In this document: in pieces, positions 55,684-64,000 of the stretch
How positions within the stretch are numbered: position 1 is the stretch's first letter
Layout of the letters: each line of letters begins with the position of its first letter
NCBI GenBank assembly: GCA_035543515.1
Contig: DATKJS010000133.1
Coordinates: 1,134 to 65,133, forward strand
Direction of reading: 5' to 3'
From: Terriglobales bacterium
Lineage (GTDB): Bacteria > Acidobacteriota > Aminicenantia > Aminicenantales > Saccharicenantaceae
DNA length: 64,000 nt
Notes under the pieces: model-generated
What the model was told of the DNA's origin: nothing
Seen by the model: the letters and a program-made list of their open reading frames with translations, nothing else
Database searches by the model: none
Translations under genes and position numbers: made by a program

Positions 55684-56956
55684 GTTCGAGATAGAGTTCG
55701 ATGACAGGGACCTCGACGTCCGGCTTGGCCACGGGCGGCGTCAGGGTCAGCGTGCCCTCTGGCCACTCCTCCCTCGTCCCGGCGAAGAAGCCGGCCTCCC
55801 CGCCTTTCTCCGTGAAGGAAACCTCGGAGGCGTCGCTGAGGAGCTGGGCATAGGCGACGCGGCCGGCCATCCCTTCGAGATGGAGGGCGCCGGCCGGCCA
55901 TTCGAGCACGTGGAGATAAAGGCGCCGGAGCCCGGGATGGTATGTCAGGAGCGTTCCGGGAGGGGCGGCGAAGCCTTCCGGCGCCCGGGTGCAGCCGTAG
56001 ATCGAACGACCGTGGAGCTCCAGCCATGCCCCGATCGCCCCGAGCCGGTCGAGGGCCCGCGGCTCGAGCCTGCCGCGCCCCGTCGGCCCGACGTTGAGCA
56101 GGAAGTTGCCGCCCCTGCCGACAGTCTCGATGAGCATGACGATGAGCTGGCGGGCCGACTTCCATGTCGACTCGTCGCGGTGATAGCCCCACGAACCGGA
56201 GAAGGTTTGGCAGGTCTCCCACGGCACCCGCCGGCCGCCCGACTCGACCCAGCGCCGCGGAAGGAACTGCTCGGGCGTCCGGAAATCCCAGCCGCCGGGG
56301 ACATCGAGGAGGTCGAGCCGGTCGTTGACGAGGACCCCCGGCTGGAGCTCGCGGACCATGCGAATGAGCTCCTCCGAGCGCCATTCCCGCCGTCCCTTGC
56401 CCTCGGGGCCGGGGAACGAATAATCGAAGAATAGGACGTCGATCCGGCCGAACCCTGTCAGAAGCTCCCGGACCTGGCCGAAGAGATAGTCGACGTACTT
56501 GCCGAGGTCGCGCCCCTTGGCCGCGGCCACGAACTGAGGGTCGTCCCGCATCGGATGGAAGGCGTCGACGGTATAATCCGGGTGATGCCAGTCTAGGAGC
56601 GAGTAGTAGAGGCCGACGCGCAGGCCTTCGGCCCGCAGGGCCTCGACGAGCGGCCGCAAGAGGTCCCGGCCGGCCGGCGTGCGCGTCGCCTTGTAGTCCG
56701 TGAACCGGGAATCCCAAAGGCAGAAGCCATCGTGGTGCTTGGCCGTGACGACGGCGTACTTCATTCCGCCAGCCCGGGCCGCCCGAGCCCATTCGGCCGG
56801 GTCATAGAGGTCGGGGTCGAAGCGGTCGAAGTACCTCCGATAGGCCTCGTCGGTGAGCTTCTCGCGACTCTTCACCCACTCGTGGCGGGCCGGCAGGGCG
56901 TAGAGCCCCCAGTGGATGAAGAGGCCGAACCGGGCCTCGGCCCACCATTCGTTCAT
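55676..56956 (-). CDS. GH29 alpha-L-fucosidase (no obvious signal peptide)
   Basis: WWAEARFGLFIHWGLYALPA and YAVVTAKHHDGFCLWDS are hallmark GH29 motifs. Confidence 0.9.
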   Translation of the reverse strand: MNEWWAEARFGLFIHWGLYALPARHEWVKSREKLTDEAYRRYFDRFDPDLYDPAEWARAARAGGMKYAVVTAKHHDGFCLWDSRFTDYKATRTPAGRDLLRPLVEALRAEGLRVGLYYSLLDWHHPDYTVDAFHPMRDDPQFVAAAKGRDLGKYVDYLFGQVRELLTGFGRIDVLFFDYSFPGPEGKGRREWRSEELIRMVRELQPGVLVNDRLDLLDVPGGWDFRTPEQFLPRRWVESGGRRVPWETCQTFSGSWGYHRDESTWKSARQLIVMLIETVGRGGNFLLNVGPTGRGRLEPRALDRLGAIGAWLELHGRSIYGCTRAPEGFAAPPGTLLTYHPGLRRLYLHVLEWPAGALHLEGMAGRVAYAQLLSDASEVSFTEKGGEAGFFAGTREEWPEGTLTLTPPVAKPDVEVPVIELYLERG

Positions 56957-57032
56957 CGTCGGGACTCCTCCGGGAGGATGCGCGCTCGATCCTTTTTAGC
57001 TCAGGAAGGGAGGAAAAAGCAAGCCCGGGCGC

Positions 57033-57398
57033 TCACTCGCGCCGCTTGGCCTTCCCGTAGAGGTGTTCCATCAGGGTCAGCCGGACCTCGGGGTCCATGC
57101 CGACGAACTCGAGGCCCGTCTCGTAGACGTCCCTTCCGAAGAGCTCCTTGACCCAGCGGACGCGGGCCTCGGCCTCGATGCGCGACCGGGACCGCGTCAG
57201 CGCGACCTCCACCCGGACCCGCGTATCGACGGCGAGCGGGGCGTCGGTCATGATGCGGATGCCGCCGACGGAGATGTCCCGGGTCAGTGAATAATATGTC
57301 ATCGGCGGCGCCTCGCCGGCCGCTCCGATCGGAGTCAGGATGACCTTGTTCTCCTGGCGGGTCCGAGGCTCGCGGCGCCGCTCCTGGGTAGGCTTCAT
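57033..57398 (-). CDS. PilZ domain protein (c-di-GMP receptor type)
   Basis: RREPR (the RxxxR motif) and DISVGG (the D/NxSxxG motif) occur at the proper spacing in a 121-aa single-domain protein. Confidence 0.8.
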   Translation of the reverse strand: MKPTQERRREPRTRQENKVILTPIGAAGEAPPMTYYSLTRDISVGGIRIMTDAPLAVDTRVRVEVALTRSRSRIEAEARVRWVKELFGRDVYETGLEFVGMDPEVRLTLMEHLYGKAKRRE

Positions 57399-57452
57399 CT
57401 CGGCTTCCTTCTTTTCGGTCGGGCGGAGAGGGGGAAAATTGACTCCTCCGCT

Positions 57453-57481
57453 TTGACTTTCCCCCCGGCCGGGTTTAGGAT
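57453..57481 (+). promoter_or_regulatory. Candidate sigma70 promoter TTGACT-N17-TAGGAT for the acyl-CoA ligase gene
   Basis: Read from the plus strand. A second TTGACT lies 14 nt upstream, and GGAGG and the ATG follow about 20 nt downstream. Confidence 0.35.
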
Positions 57482-57511
57482 GAGGCCAGCCCGTCAGCGC
57501 GGAGGATGCTC

Positions 57512-59425
57512 ATGCCCGAAAGGACTCTCCCTCGGCTTTTCGAAGACAGCGTCGGCGCGTACCCGACGAACGTCCTCATGTGGGAAAAGAAGGACGGGCG
57601 CTACCAGGGGACGACCTATCTCGAGGCCCGGACGCTCGTCCACAGGTTCGCGGCCGGATTGAGGACCCTGGGCCTCGGCCGGGGCGACCGGGCCGCTCTG
57701 ATCTCGGAAGGCCGCAACGACTGGCTCGTCAGCGAGCTCGGAGTCCTTTACAACGGGGCGGTGAACGTGCCGATCTCGGTCAAGATCGACGAGCTCTCGG
57801 ACCTCAAGTTCCGGCTGGCCCATTCAGGCAGCAAGATCGTCATCGTCTCGAAGTCGCAGGTCGGTAAGGTCCGTCAGATCAAGGCCGACCTTCCCGAGCT
57901 CGAGACGACCGTCCTGCTGGACGAGATGCCGTCGTATGAGCGCGACGAGATCCCGGCCCGCGAGGTCTTCAAGAGGGGGGACGCCGAGCTCGCGGCCCGC
58001 CGGCCTGAGTTCGACGAGCCCTGGCGCTCCATCAAGGAAAACGATTACGCCAACATCTGCTACACGTCAGGGACGACGGCCGACCCGAAGGGCATCATCC
58101 TGACCCACCTCAATTACGTGGCCAATATCGACCAGTCCCGGGGCCTGGTGGATTGCCCCGAGCATTATGTTTCCCTTCTTTATCTTCCCTGGGACCACGC
58201 CTTCGCCCACACGGCCGGCGTCTACAGCCTGATGAGGAGCGGGGCGGCCCTGGCCTCTGCCGAGGTCGGCCGGACCGCCATGGAAAGCCTGAAGAACGTC
58301 CCCTTGAACATCAAGGAGATCCGGCCCCATTTCCTCTTCAGCGTCCCGACCGTCGCCAAGAGCTTCCGCAAAAGCGTCGAGAAGGGCGTGCGGGAAAAGG
58401 GCCCCGCCGCGGAAAAGCTCTTCCAAAAGGGGCTGAAGCTCGCCTATGCCTACAACGCGGAGGGTTGGAACCGGGGCCGGGGCTTCCAGAAGCTGAAAAA
58501 GCCGTTCTATTTCTTCTACGACCAGCTGGTCTTCAAGAAGATCAGGCGGAACTTCGGCGGACGGCTCGAGTTCTTCATCGGCGGCGGCGCCCTCCTCGAC
58601 ATCGAGCTCCAGCGGTTCTTTTATGCCCTCGGCGTCCCCATGTTCCAGGGCTACGGGCTGACCGAGGCGGCTCCGGTCATCTCCGCTAACAGCAAGAAGG
58701 CCCATAAGCTGGGCTCCTCCGGCAAGGTCGCCCCCGGCCTGGACTTGAAGATCTGCGACGAGGCGGGCGCTCCGGTCCCGGTCGGAGAGAAGGGCGAGAT
58801 CGTCGTCCGGGGCGAGAACGTCATGGCCGGCTATTGGAAGAATGAAAAAGCGACCAAGGAGGTCCTGCGCGGGGGCTGGCTCTACACCGGGGACATCGGA
58901 TACCTCGACGAGGACGGCTTTCTTTACGTCCTCGGCCGGCTCAAGAGCCTCCTCATCGGGAACGACGGCGAAAAGTACAGCCCCGAGGTCATCGAGGAGG
59001 AGGTCTGCGACCGTTCGCCCTATATCGACCAGCTCATGCTCTACAATAGCCAGTCCCCCTACACGGTCGCGCTCCTCGTCCCGAACAAGGAGGCGGTCCT
59101 CCGCCGGCTCGAGGACCAGGGGCTTTCGGCCCGGACGCCTGAAGGGCAGGAAGCGGCCCTGCGACTCCTCGAGGCCGAGGTCGACGTCTTTCGGGAGGGC
59201 GGCCCGTTCGGCGGGCGCTTCCCCGGCCGCTGGCTCCCTTCCGCCATCGCGGTCCTGGGCGAGCCGTTTACCGAGCAGAACCAGCTCCTGAATTCCATGC
59301 TGAAGATGGTCCGGGGAAAGATCGCGGATTTCTACCGGAACCGGCTCGACCACCTCTACACGCCCGAGGCCAGGGACATCGCCAATCCGCAGAACCGGGC
59401 CATCGTCGCCCGCTGGGCGCCCTAG
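57512..59425 (+). CDS. Long-chain-fatty-acid--CoA ligase / AMP-dependent synthetase
   Basis: YTSGTTADPKGIILTH is the AMP-binding motif I. GYGLTE and YTGDIGYLDEDGFLYVLGR are also present. ATG 57512 lies 6 nt after GGAGG. Confidence 0.9.
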   Translation: MPERTLPRLFEDSVGAYPTNVLMWEKKDGRYQGTTYLEARTLVHRFAAGLRTLGLGRGDRAALISEGRNDWLVSELGVLYNGAVNVPISVKIDELSDLKFRLAHSGSKIVIVSKSQVGKVRQIKADLPELETTVLLDEMPSYERDEIPAREVFKRGDAELAARRPEFDEPWRSIKENDYANICYTSGTTADPKGIILTHLNYVANIDQSRGLVDCPEHYVSLLYLPWDHAFAHTAGVYSLMRSGAALASAEVGRTAMESLKNVPLNIKEIRPHFLFSVPTVAKSFRKSVEKGVREKGPAAEKLFQKGLKLAYAYNAEGWNRGRGFQKLKKPFYFFYDQLVFKKIRRNFGGRLEFFIGGGALLDIELQRFFYALGVPMFQGYGLTEAAPVISANSKKAHKLGSSGKVAPGLDLKICDEAGAPVPVGEKGEIVVRGENVMAGYWKNEKATKEVLRGGWLYTGDIGYLDEDGFLYVLGRLKSLLIGNDGEKYSPEVIEEEVCDRSPYIDQLMLYNSQSPYTVALLVPNKEAVLRRLEDQGLSARTPEGQEAALRLLEAEVDVFREGGPFGGRFPGRWLPSAIAVLGEPFTEQNQLLNSMLKMVRGKIADFYRNRLDHLYTPEARDIANPQNRAIVARWAP

Positions 59426-59524
59426 AGCCGTCCCGGCCAGCCGGGCCGGCGGCCGGGCGCCGCTCACTCGGTTGACAATCCCTCTTTAATTGGGGTATCT
59501 AGAGGCCTCGACGACGGAGGTCAG

Positions 59525-60772
59525 ATGAGCGTCAAGTTCCGGCTCGGGGCCATGATGTTCCTCCAGTACGCGATCTGGGGATCCTGGATGCCGGTGCTCT
59601 CGGCCTTCCTCCAGACGAACCTCCACTTCACGGCCGTCGAGACGAGCCTCATCTACAGCCTTTTGCCCCTGGCCACGATCGTCTCGCCGTTCATCGGCGG
59701 GCAGATCGCCGACCGCTGGTTCCCGACCCAGCGGGTCATCGCCGTCCTCCAGCTCGCCGGAGGCGTCCTGCTCATCGCCATGTCCGGCATCACCGCCTTC
59801 TCGCCCATGATGTGGCTCATGCTCCTCTATTCGCTGCTCTACGCCCCCACCCTGGCTCTGACCAACTCCATCGCCTTTGTCAACTTGAAGAGCTCGGAGA
59901 AGGAATTCGGAGGGATCCGCGTTTGGGGCACGATCGGCTGGATCGCCGCGGGCCTGGCCCTCGCCGGCTGGCGGGCCGCGGCCGGGTCGCCCCAGGGGGT
60001 CGCCATGAAGGGCGACACCTTGATCCTGGCCGGGGCCTTCTCGCTCCTCATGGGGGTCCTTTCCTTCGGCCTCCCCGCCACCCCGCCGCGCCGGGAGGGC
60101 GCCAAGCCGTGGGCCTTCCTCGAGGCCCTCAAGATGTTCAAGGATAGGAGCTTCGCGGTCTTCGCCGCCATCTGCTTCGTCGCCGCGACCGAGCTCTGGT
60201 TTTATTACATCCTGACGGCGCCCTTCCTGACTTCGGACAGAATCGGCATCAGCCAGAAGTACGTCTCCGCGGTCATGACCATCGCCCAGGTGGCCGAGAT
60301 CCTGGTCATGGCCTTCCTCCTGTCCTGGTCCCTCCGGAAATTCGGGATGAGAAGGACGCTGACCCTCGGCATCCTGGCCTGGCCGATCCGGTACGTCATC
60401 TTCGTCATCGGCGCGCCGGTCTGGCTCGTCGTCGCGTCGCTCGCGCTCCACGGGTTCTGCTACGTCTTCTTCTTCACCGCGGCCTACATCTATGTCGACA
60501 GCGTCGCCCCTCGGGACATCCGGGCCTCGGCGCAAAGCCTCATCGCGATGGTCATCCTGGGCGTCGGGAGCTATGTCGGGAGCCTGTTCTGCGGCTGGGT
60601 GCAGAAGCTGTTCACGACGACCGCGGTCAATGCGGCCGGCGAGGCCGTGAGGGTAGTGAATTGGCGGGGAACGTTCCTCGTCCCGACGATCCTGACCTTC
60701 CTCTGCGTCATCGCCTTTTTCGTTTTCGTGCGTGAAAAGGAGCCGGCCGCGGCCGCCGCGCCGGCCTCATAA
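59525..60772 (+). CDS. MFS transporter, nucleoside/glycoside:H+ symporter (NHS/LacY-like) subfamily
   Basis: FRLGAMMFLQYAIWGSWMPVLSAFL resembles the NupG/XapB-type N terminus. Twelve hydrophobic spans are present. Confidence 0.8.
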   Translation: MSVKFRLGAMMFLQYAIWGSWMPVLSAFLQTNLHFTAVETSLIYSLLPLATIVSPFIGGQIADRWFPTQRVIAVLQLAGGVLLIAMSGITAFSPMMWLMLLYSLLYAPTLALTNSIAFVNLKSSEKEFGGIRVWGTIGWIAAGLALAGWRAAAGSPQGVAMKGDTLILAGAFSLLMGVLSFGLPATPPRREGAKPWAFLEALKMFKDRSFAVFAAICFVAATELWFYYILTAPFLTSDRIGISQKYVSAVMTIAQVAEILVMAFLLSWSLRKFGMRRTLTLGILAWPIRYVIFVIGAPVWLVVASLALHGFCYVFFFTAAYIYVDSVAPRDIRASAQSLIAMVILGVGSYVGSLFCGWVQKLFTTTAVNAAGEAVRVVNWRGTFLVPTILTFLCVIAFFVFVREKEPAAAAAPAS

Positions 60773-60774
60773 TT

Positions 60775-60807
60775 GGGGAAGCCCCCCCGCGGGGGCCTTC
60801 CCCTCTT
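60775..60807 (+). terminator. Candidate intrinsic terminator after the MFS gene
   Basis: GGGGAAGCCCCC-ccgc-GGGGG(C)CTTCCCC forms a 12-bp stem with one bulge, followed by TCTT, a weak U tract. Confidence 0.45.
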
Positions 60808-60834
60808 AAACCGGAGGAGGCCGTCCCTCCGGGA

Positions 60835-60849
60835 TGGCAGGGAAGATGC
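60835..60849 (+). promoter_or_regulatory. Weaker sigma54-like element TGGCAG-N5-ATGC upstream of the Gfo/Idh/MocA gene
   Basis: The GG-N10-GC spacing is correct but the -12 element reads ATGC rather than TTGC. It sits 52 nt before ATG 60902. Confidence 0.3.
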
Positions 60850-60901
60850 GGAACGAGGGCGAGGCGGACATCGAGTCCCGTGCCCGAGGCGGAGGTTGCC
60901 C

Positions 60902-62155
60902 ATGGGGAAAAGAACAAAGCTCGGCATCGGCTTCGTCGGCGGCGGGTTCATCACCCGCTTCCACATCCGCTCCTGGGTCGGCGTCCGCGATGCCGACGTC
61001 GTGGGCATCGTCGACCCGGACGGGGCGCGGGCCCGGGAGGCAGCCGTCATGGCCCGGGACCTCGGCGTTGGCCGGCCCCGCGTCTTCAGGTCCCTCGCGG
61101 CCATGGTCGCCGACCCGGCCATCGACGCCGTCTGGATCTGCTCGCCGAACTACACCCGGCTCGAGGTCATGGACGAGATCGCCCAGGCCGTCGTCAGGGG
61201 CAAGGGGGAACTCGTTGGCGTCGCCTGCGAGAAGCCGCTCGGCCGGAACGTCGGCGAGGCCAAAGCCATGCTGACCCTGGCCCGCAAGGCCGGGCTGCTC
61301 GACGGCTACCTCGAGAACCAGGTCTTCTCCCCCGCCGTCGTCCGGGGCAAGGAGATCGTCTGGGCCCGGGGCGCGAGCCTCTGCGGCCCGCCCTACCTGG
61401 CGCGGGCGGCCGAGGAGCACAGCGGCCCGCACATGCCCTGGTTCTGGGAGGGCACGCTCCAGGGCGGCGGCGTCCTCAACGACATGATGTGCCACTCGGT
61501 CGAAGAGGCCCGCTACATGCTCACCGCGCCCGGGGCGGGTCGGGACACGCTCAGGCCCGTCAAGGTCACGGCCTACGCCTCGTGCCTCAAGTGGCAGGAC
61601 CCGAAATACGCCAAGATCCTGGCCGGGAACTCGGGCGGCAAGACGGACTACCTCAAGCGTCCGGCCGAGGACTTCGCCCGATCCCTCATCGAGTACAAGG
61701 ACAAGGCGGAGCGGACGCTGGTCGTCGAGACGACGACATCCTGGTGCTATGTCGGCGCCGGGCTGCGCCTAAGCCTGGAGCTCCTCGGGCCCGAATACTC
61801 GCTGGCCATCAACACCCTCGATTCCGGGCTCAAGATCTTCTTCAGCCGCAGGGTGCAGGGCGAGGCGGGTGAGGACCTCGTAGAGAAGCAGAACGCCGAG
61901 GTCGGCCTGATGCCCGTCGTCAGCTCCGAGGAGACGGAATACGGCTACACGGCTGAGAACCGGCACATGGTCCGGTCGTTCCTGGCCGGCCGGCGGCCCG
62001 GGGAGAATTTCAGCGACGGCCTCAACGTCACCGAGCTCCTCATGGCCGCCTACATGAGCGCCGAGGAGGACCGGACCGTGCCTTTCCCGCCGCCCGGCCT
62101 GGAGACGTTCGTCCCGGCCGTGGCCCGGGGACTCTGGAATCCGAAGAAGAAATGA
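60902..62155 (+). CDS. Gfo/Idh/MocA family NAD(P) oxidoreductase
   Basis: ATG 60902 follows GGAGG. LGIGFVGGGFITRFH is the Rossmann region and CEKPLG is the EKP motif. The track's longer N terminus is Arg/Pro-rich and is rejected. Confidence 0.88.
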   Translation: MGKRTKLGIGFVGGGFITRFHIRSWVGVRDADVVGIVDPDGARAREAAVMARDLGVGRPRVFRSLAAMVADPAIDAVWICSPNYTRLEVMDEIAQAVVRGKGELVGVACEKPLGRNVGEAKAMLTLARKAGLLDGYLENQVFSPAVVRGKEIVWARGASLCGPPYLARAAEEHSGPHMPWFWEGTLQGGGVLNDMMCHSVEEARYMLTAPGAGRDTLRPVKVTAYASCLKWQDPKYAKILAGNSGGKTDYLKRPAEDFARSLIEYKDKAERTLVVETTTSWCYVGAGLRLSLELLGPEYSLAINTLDSGLKIFFSRRVQGEAGEDLVEKQNAEVGLMPVVSSEETEYGYTAENRHMVRSFLAGRRPGENFSDGLNVTELLMAAYMSAEEDRTVPFPPPGLETFVPAVARGLWNPKKK

Positions 62156-62169
62156 TAGGGAGGGAAAAA

Positions 62170-63636
62170 ATGAAGACACCCGTACGTGCGCTCGTCGTCC
62201 TGGCCTCCGGTCTGGCCGCTCTGTCCGCGGCCCAGGAGGCCCGCAGGCCCGCCATCCCGCCGGACGTCGCGGCCCAGGTCAAGGCCACCGATTACACGGA
62301 CGTCCGGATCAAAAAGTTCCCCATCATGGTCGAGGGCTGGACGTTCCGCAGGTATACGTTCTTCCAGACCGTGGACAAGCTCAAGGCCCTCGGCATCACG
62401 CTCCTCGAAGCCTACCCGGGCCAGCCGCTCGGCAACGGCGACCCTAAGGCCGTTTTCGGCGAGGGCATGCCCGAGGCGGACATGAAGGCCGCCCAGGCCA
62501 AGCTCCGCGAGGCCGGCGTTTCCGTCGTCGCCTATGGCGTCGTCGACCTCGGCAAGACCGAGGCCTCGATGCGGAAGGTCCTCGACTTCGCCCGCAAGAT
62601 GGGCATCCGCACCCTCGTCTGCGAGCCCCGGGACGAGGACTTCCCCCTCCTCGATAAGCTCCTCGAGGAGTACGACCTCCAGGCCGCCATCCACAACCAT
62701 CCCCAGCCGGCCAAGTACGCGTTCCCCATGACCACCTACGAGCGTCTCCAGGGCCGGAGCGAGCGGATCGGCGTCTGCGCCGATACAGGGCACTGGATGC
62801 GCGAGGGGCTCGACCCGGTCGAGTGCCTCCGACTGCTCAAGGGCCGCATCCTCGATACTCACCTCAAGGACCGGACCGAGTTCGGCAAGGGCGCCGCGGC
62901 CAAGGACGTGGCCTGGGGCTCGGGCAAGGCGAGGATGCGCGATATCCTGGCCGAGCTGACCCTCCAGGACTATGGCGGGGCGCTGACGATGGAATACGAG
63001 AACGAGGAAGAGGTCATGACGCCCGAGCCGGCCATCCGCGCGAGCGTCGCCTTCGTCAAGAGCGTTACCTATTACTGGGACTACGACCAGCTCCTCAAAC
63101 GATATGATGGGCGTTACGAGAAGCACGGATGGAACCATTACGGCCCGGGCTATTTCGAGCTCGACCCGAAGACGGGCGTCCTCAAGTCCCAGGGCGGCAT
63201 GGGCCTCCTCTGGTACAGCGCCAAGAAGTTCCGGGACTTCGTTCTCGAGCTCGATTTCAAGTGCTCGCGCAAAGACACGAATTCGGGTGTGTTCATCCGC
63301 ATCCCCGATGTCCCGGCGAGCGACGATTACATCTACCACTCCTTCGAGGTCCAGATCTACGACGCAGGCCAGGGCATCCACGCCACGGGCGCCGCCTACG
63401 ACGCCGAGGCGCCGAAGGCCGCCGCCTCCCGGCCGGCCGGCGAATGGAACCATTACAAGATCACCTTCCAGGGGAAGCGACTCCAGGTCGAGCTCAACGG
63501 GACGCTCGTCCTCGATTGGCAGGCCGAGCCCCGCGGCAAGGTCAGGGACTTAGCCGCGGAGGGCTACATCGGGCTCCAGAACCACGACAGCGCCTCGCCC
63601 GTCTCCATCAAGGATATCTTCATAAAAGAACTCTAG
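62170..63636 (+). CDS. Secreted fusion: xylose-isomerase-like TIM barrel (sugar phosphate isomerase/epimerase family) + DUF1080 (3-keto-disaccharide hydrolase-like) domain
   Basis: The signal peptide is MKTPVRALVVLASGLAALSAAQE. The TIM metal-ligand pattern is IHNH, DTGHW, HLKD, MEYE. The C-terminal domain has GWNHYG...NSGVFIR...FEVQIYD...GEWNHYKI...GYIGLQNHDS. Confidence 0.82.
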   Translation: MKTPVRALVVLASGLAALSAAQEARRPAIPPDVAAQVKATDYTDVRIKKFPIMVEGWTFRRYTFFQTVDKLKALGITLLEAYPGQPLGNGDPKAVFGEGMPEADMKAAQAKLREAGVSVVAYGVVDLGKTEASMRKVLDFARKMGIRTLVCEPRDEDFPLLDKLLEEYDLQAAIHNHPQPAKYAFPMTTYERLQGRSERIGVCADTGHWMREGLDPVECLRLLKGRILDTHLKDRTEFGKGAAAKDVAWGSGKARMRDILAELTLQDYGGALTMEYENEEEVMTPEPAIRASVAFVKSVTYYWDYDQLLKRYDGRYEKHGWNHYGPGYFELDPKTGVLKSQGGMGLLWYSAKKFRDFVLELDFKCSRKDTNSGVFIRIPDVPASDDYIYHSFEVQIYDAGQGIHATGAAYDAEAPKAAASRPAGEWNHYKITFQGKRLQVELNGTLVLDWQAEPRGKVRDLAAEGYIGLQNHDSASPVSIKDIFIKEL

Positions 63637-63676
63637 AAAAAAAAGGGGGATCGCCCCCTTCGGGGCGGTCCCCCTT
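63637..63676 (-). terminator. Strong intrinsic terminator for the convergent Omp85-like gene, weakly bidirectional
   Basis: A 13-bp stem, GGGGGATCGCCCC-cttc-GGGGCGGTCCCCC, is flanked by A8 on the plus strand (U8 for the minus transcript) and by only TT for the plus transcript. Confidence 0.8.
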
Positions 63677-63687
63677 GACTGAGCTCT

Positions 63688-64000
63688 TTAGAACCCCGGG
63701 CTGATGTAGAACTGGAAGTGCCAGCCGACGTTCCGGTCCTGGAACGGATAGACGTAGTTGAGGCCCAGGACGAGCATGCCGAAGAGGTTCGTCCGAAGCC
63801 CGAAGCCGGCGCTGGTGAGAGGCTTCCGGTTGCCGTTGAGGAACCAGGGTTTGACGTCCGCAATCGTCGTTCCGCCCCAATAATACCGATTGCCGAACGT
63901 GTTGGCCCAGGCGATGCCGGCGTCGTAGAAGCCGTAGGCCTCGAGAGGCCAGGCGCCGAAGTAGCCCTTCCCGAGGCCCAGGAGCCGGAGGATCGGGAAG
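63688..64000 (-). CDS. 3' end of an Omp85/BamA-type outer-membrane barrel gene (partial, continues beyond window)
   Basis: Manual translation ends ...GFGLRTNLFGMLVLGLNYVYPFQDRNVGWHFQFYISPGF*. It has beta-strand periodicity and a terminal Phe. This ORF is not in the track because its start lies outside the window. Confidence 0.65.
   Translation of the reverse strand, partial: FPILRLLGLGKGYFGAWPLEAYGFYDAGIAWANTFGNRYYWGGTTIADVKPWFLNGNRKPLTSAGFGLRTNLFGMLVLGLNYVYPFQDRNVGWHFQFYISPGF

Noticed and set aside
59426-59501. TTGACA-N18-TATCTA upstream of the second MFS gene, and the preceding CCCGG/CCGGG hairpins, considered as a promoter and terminator.
   Set aside because: The -10 matches only 3/6, the spacer is 18 nt, and the hairpins have no U tract. 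This is too weak to list as a feature.

Overview
The window is very GC-rich bacterial chromosomal DNA. Gene content (sigma54 control, sortilin/VPS10-type beta-propellers, Trp-rich DUF6600-like lipoprotein, many secreted glycosidases) looks Acidobacteriota-like, but that placement is only a guess. There are no mobile elements, CRISPR arrays or rRNA. Many long Arg/Pro/Gly-rich ORFs in the track are antisense or off-frame GC artefacts.

Gene order:
- nuoL (5'-partial), nuoM, nuoN
- MFS transporter
- an SDR that has lost its N-terminal NAD(P) motif and abuts a type-A RNase P RNA (rnpB, minus strand, about 6831-7210)
- a sigma54-dependent response regulator whose 3' end runs into rnpB
- a sigma54-promoter-driven pair of secreted M16 peptidases
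- PFOR, recR, ybaB, dnaX (one strand)
- EamA transporter and a Trp-rich lipoprotein behind a second sigma54 promoter
- rocD, a small ORF, tRNA-Ser(GGA), hom-like gene, tRNA-Ser(CGA), tadA
- thrC
- an operon of URO-D-family protein, saccharopine-DH-like protein, VPS10 propeller and ACC-deaminase-like protein
- an exo-glycosidase region: GH38, GH127-like, GGT, GH20, GH29, a CBM9-like protein and a second VPS10 paralogue
- a multi-domain FeS flavoprotein with a DAO-type partner and an aldo/keto reductase
- a BtuF/FecCD/FecE-type ABC importer
- a DUF2207, lipoprotein, DUF4342 trio
- PilZ, acyl-CoA ligase
- MFS, Gfo/Idh/MocA and a secreted TIM-barrel::DUF1080 fusion
- the 3' end of an Omp85-type barrel

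AT-rich promoter-like boxes stand out against the GC background. Several are reported as candidates, including two that sit too close to the start codon to leave room for a leader.
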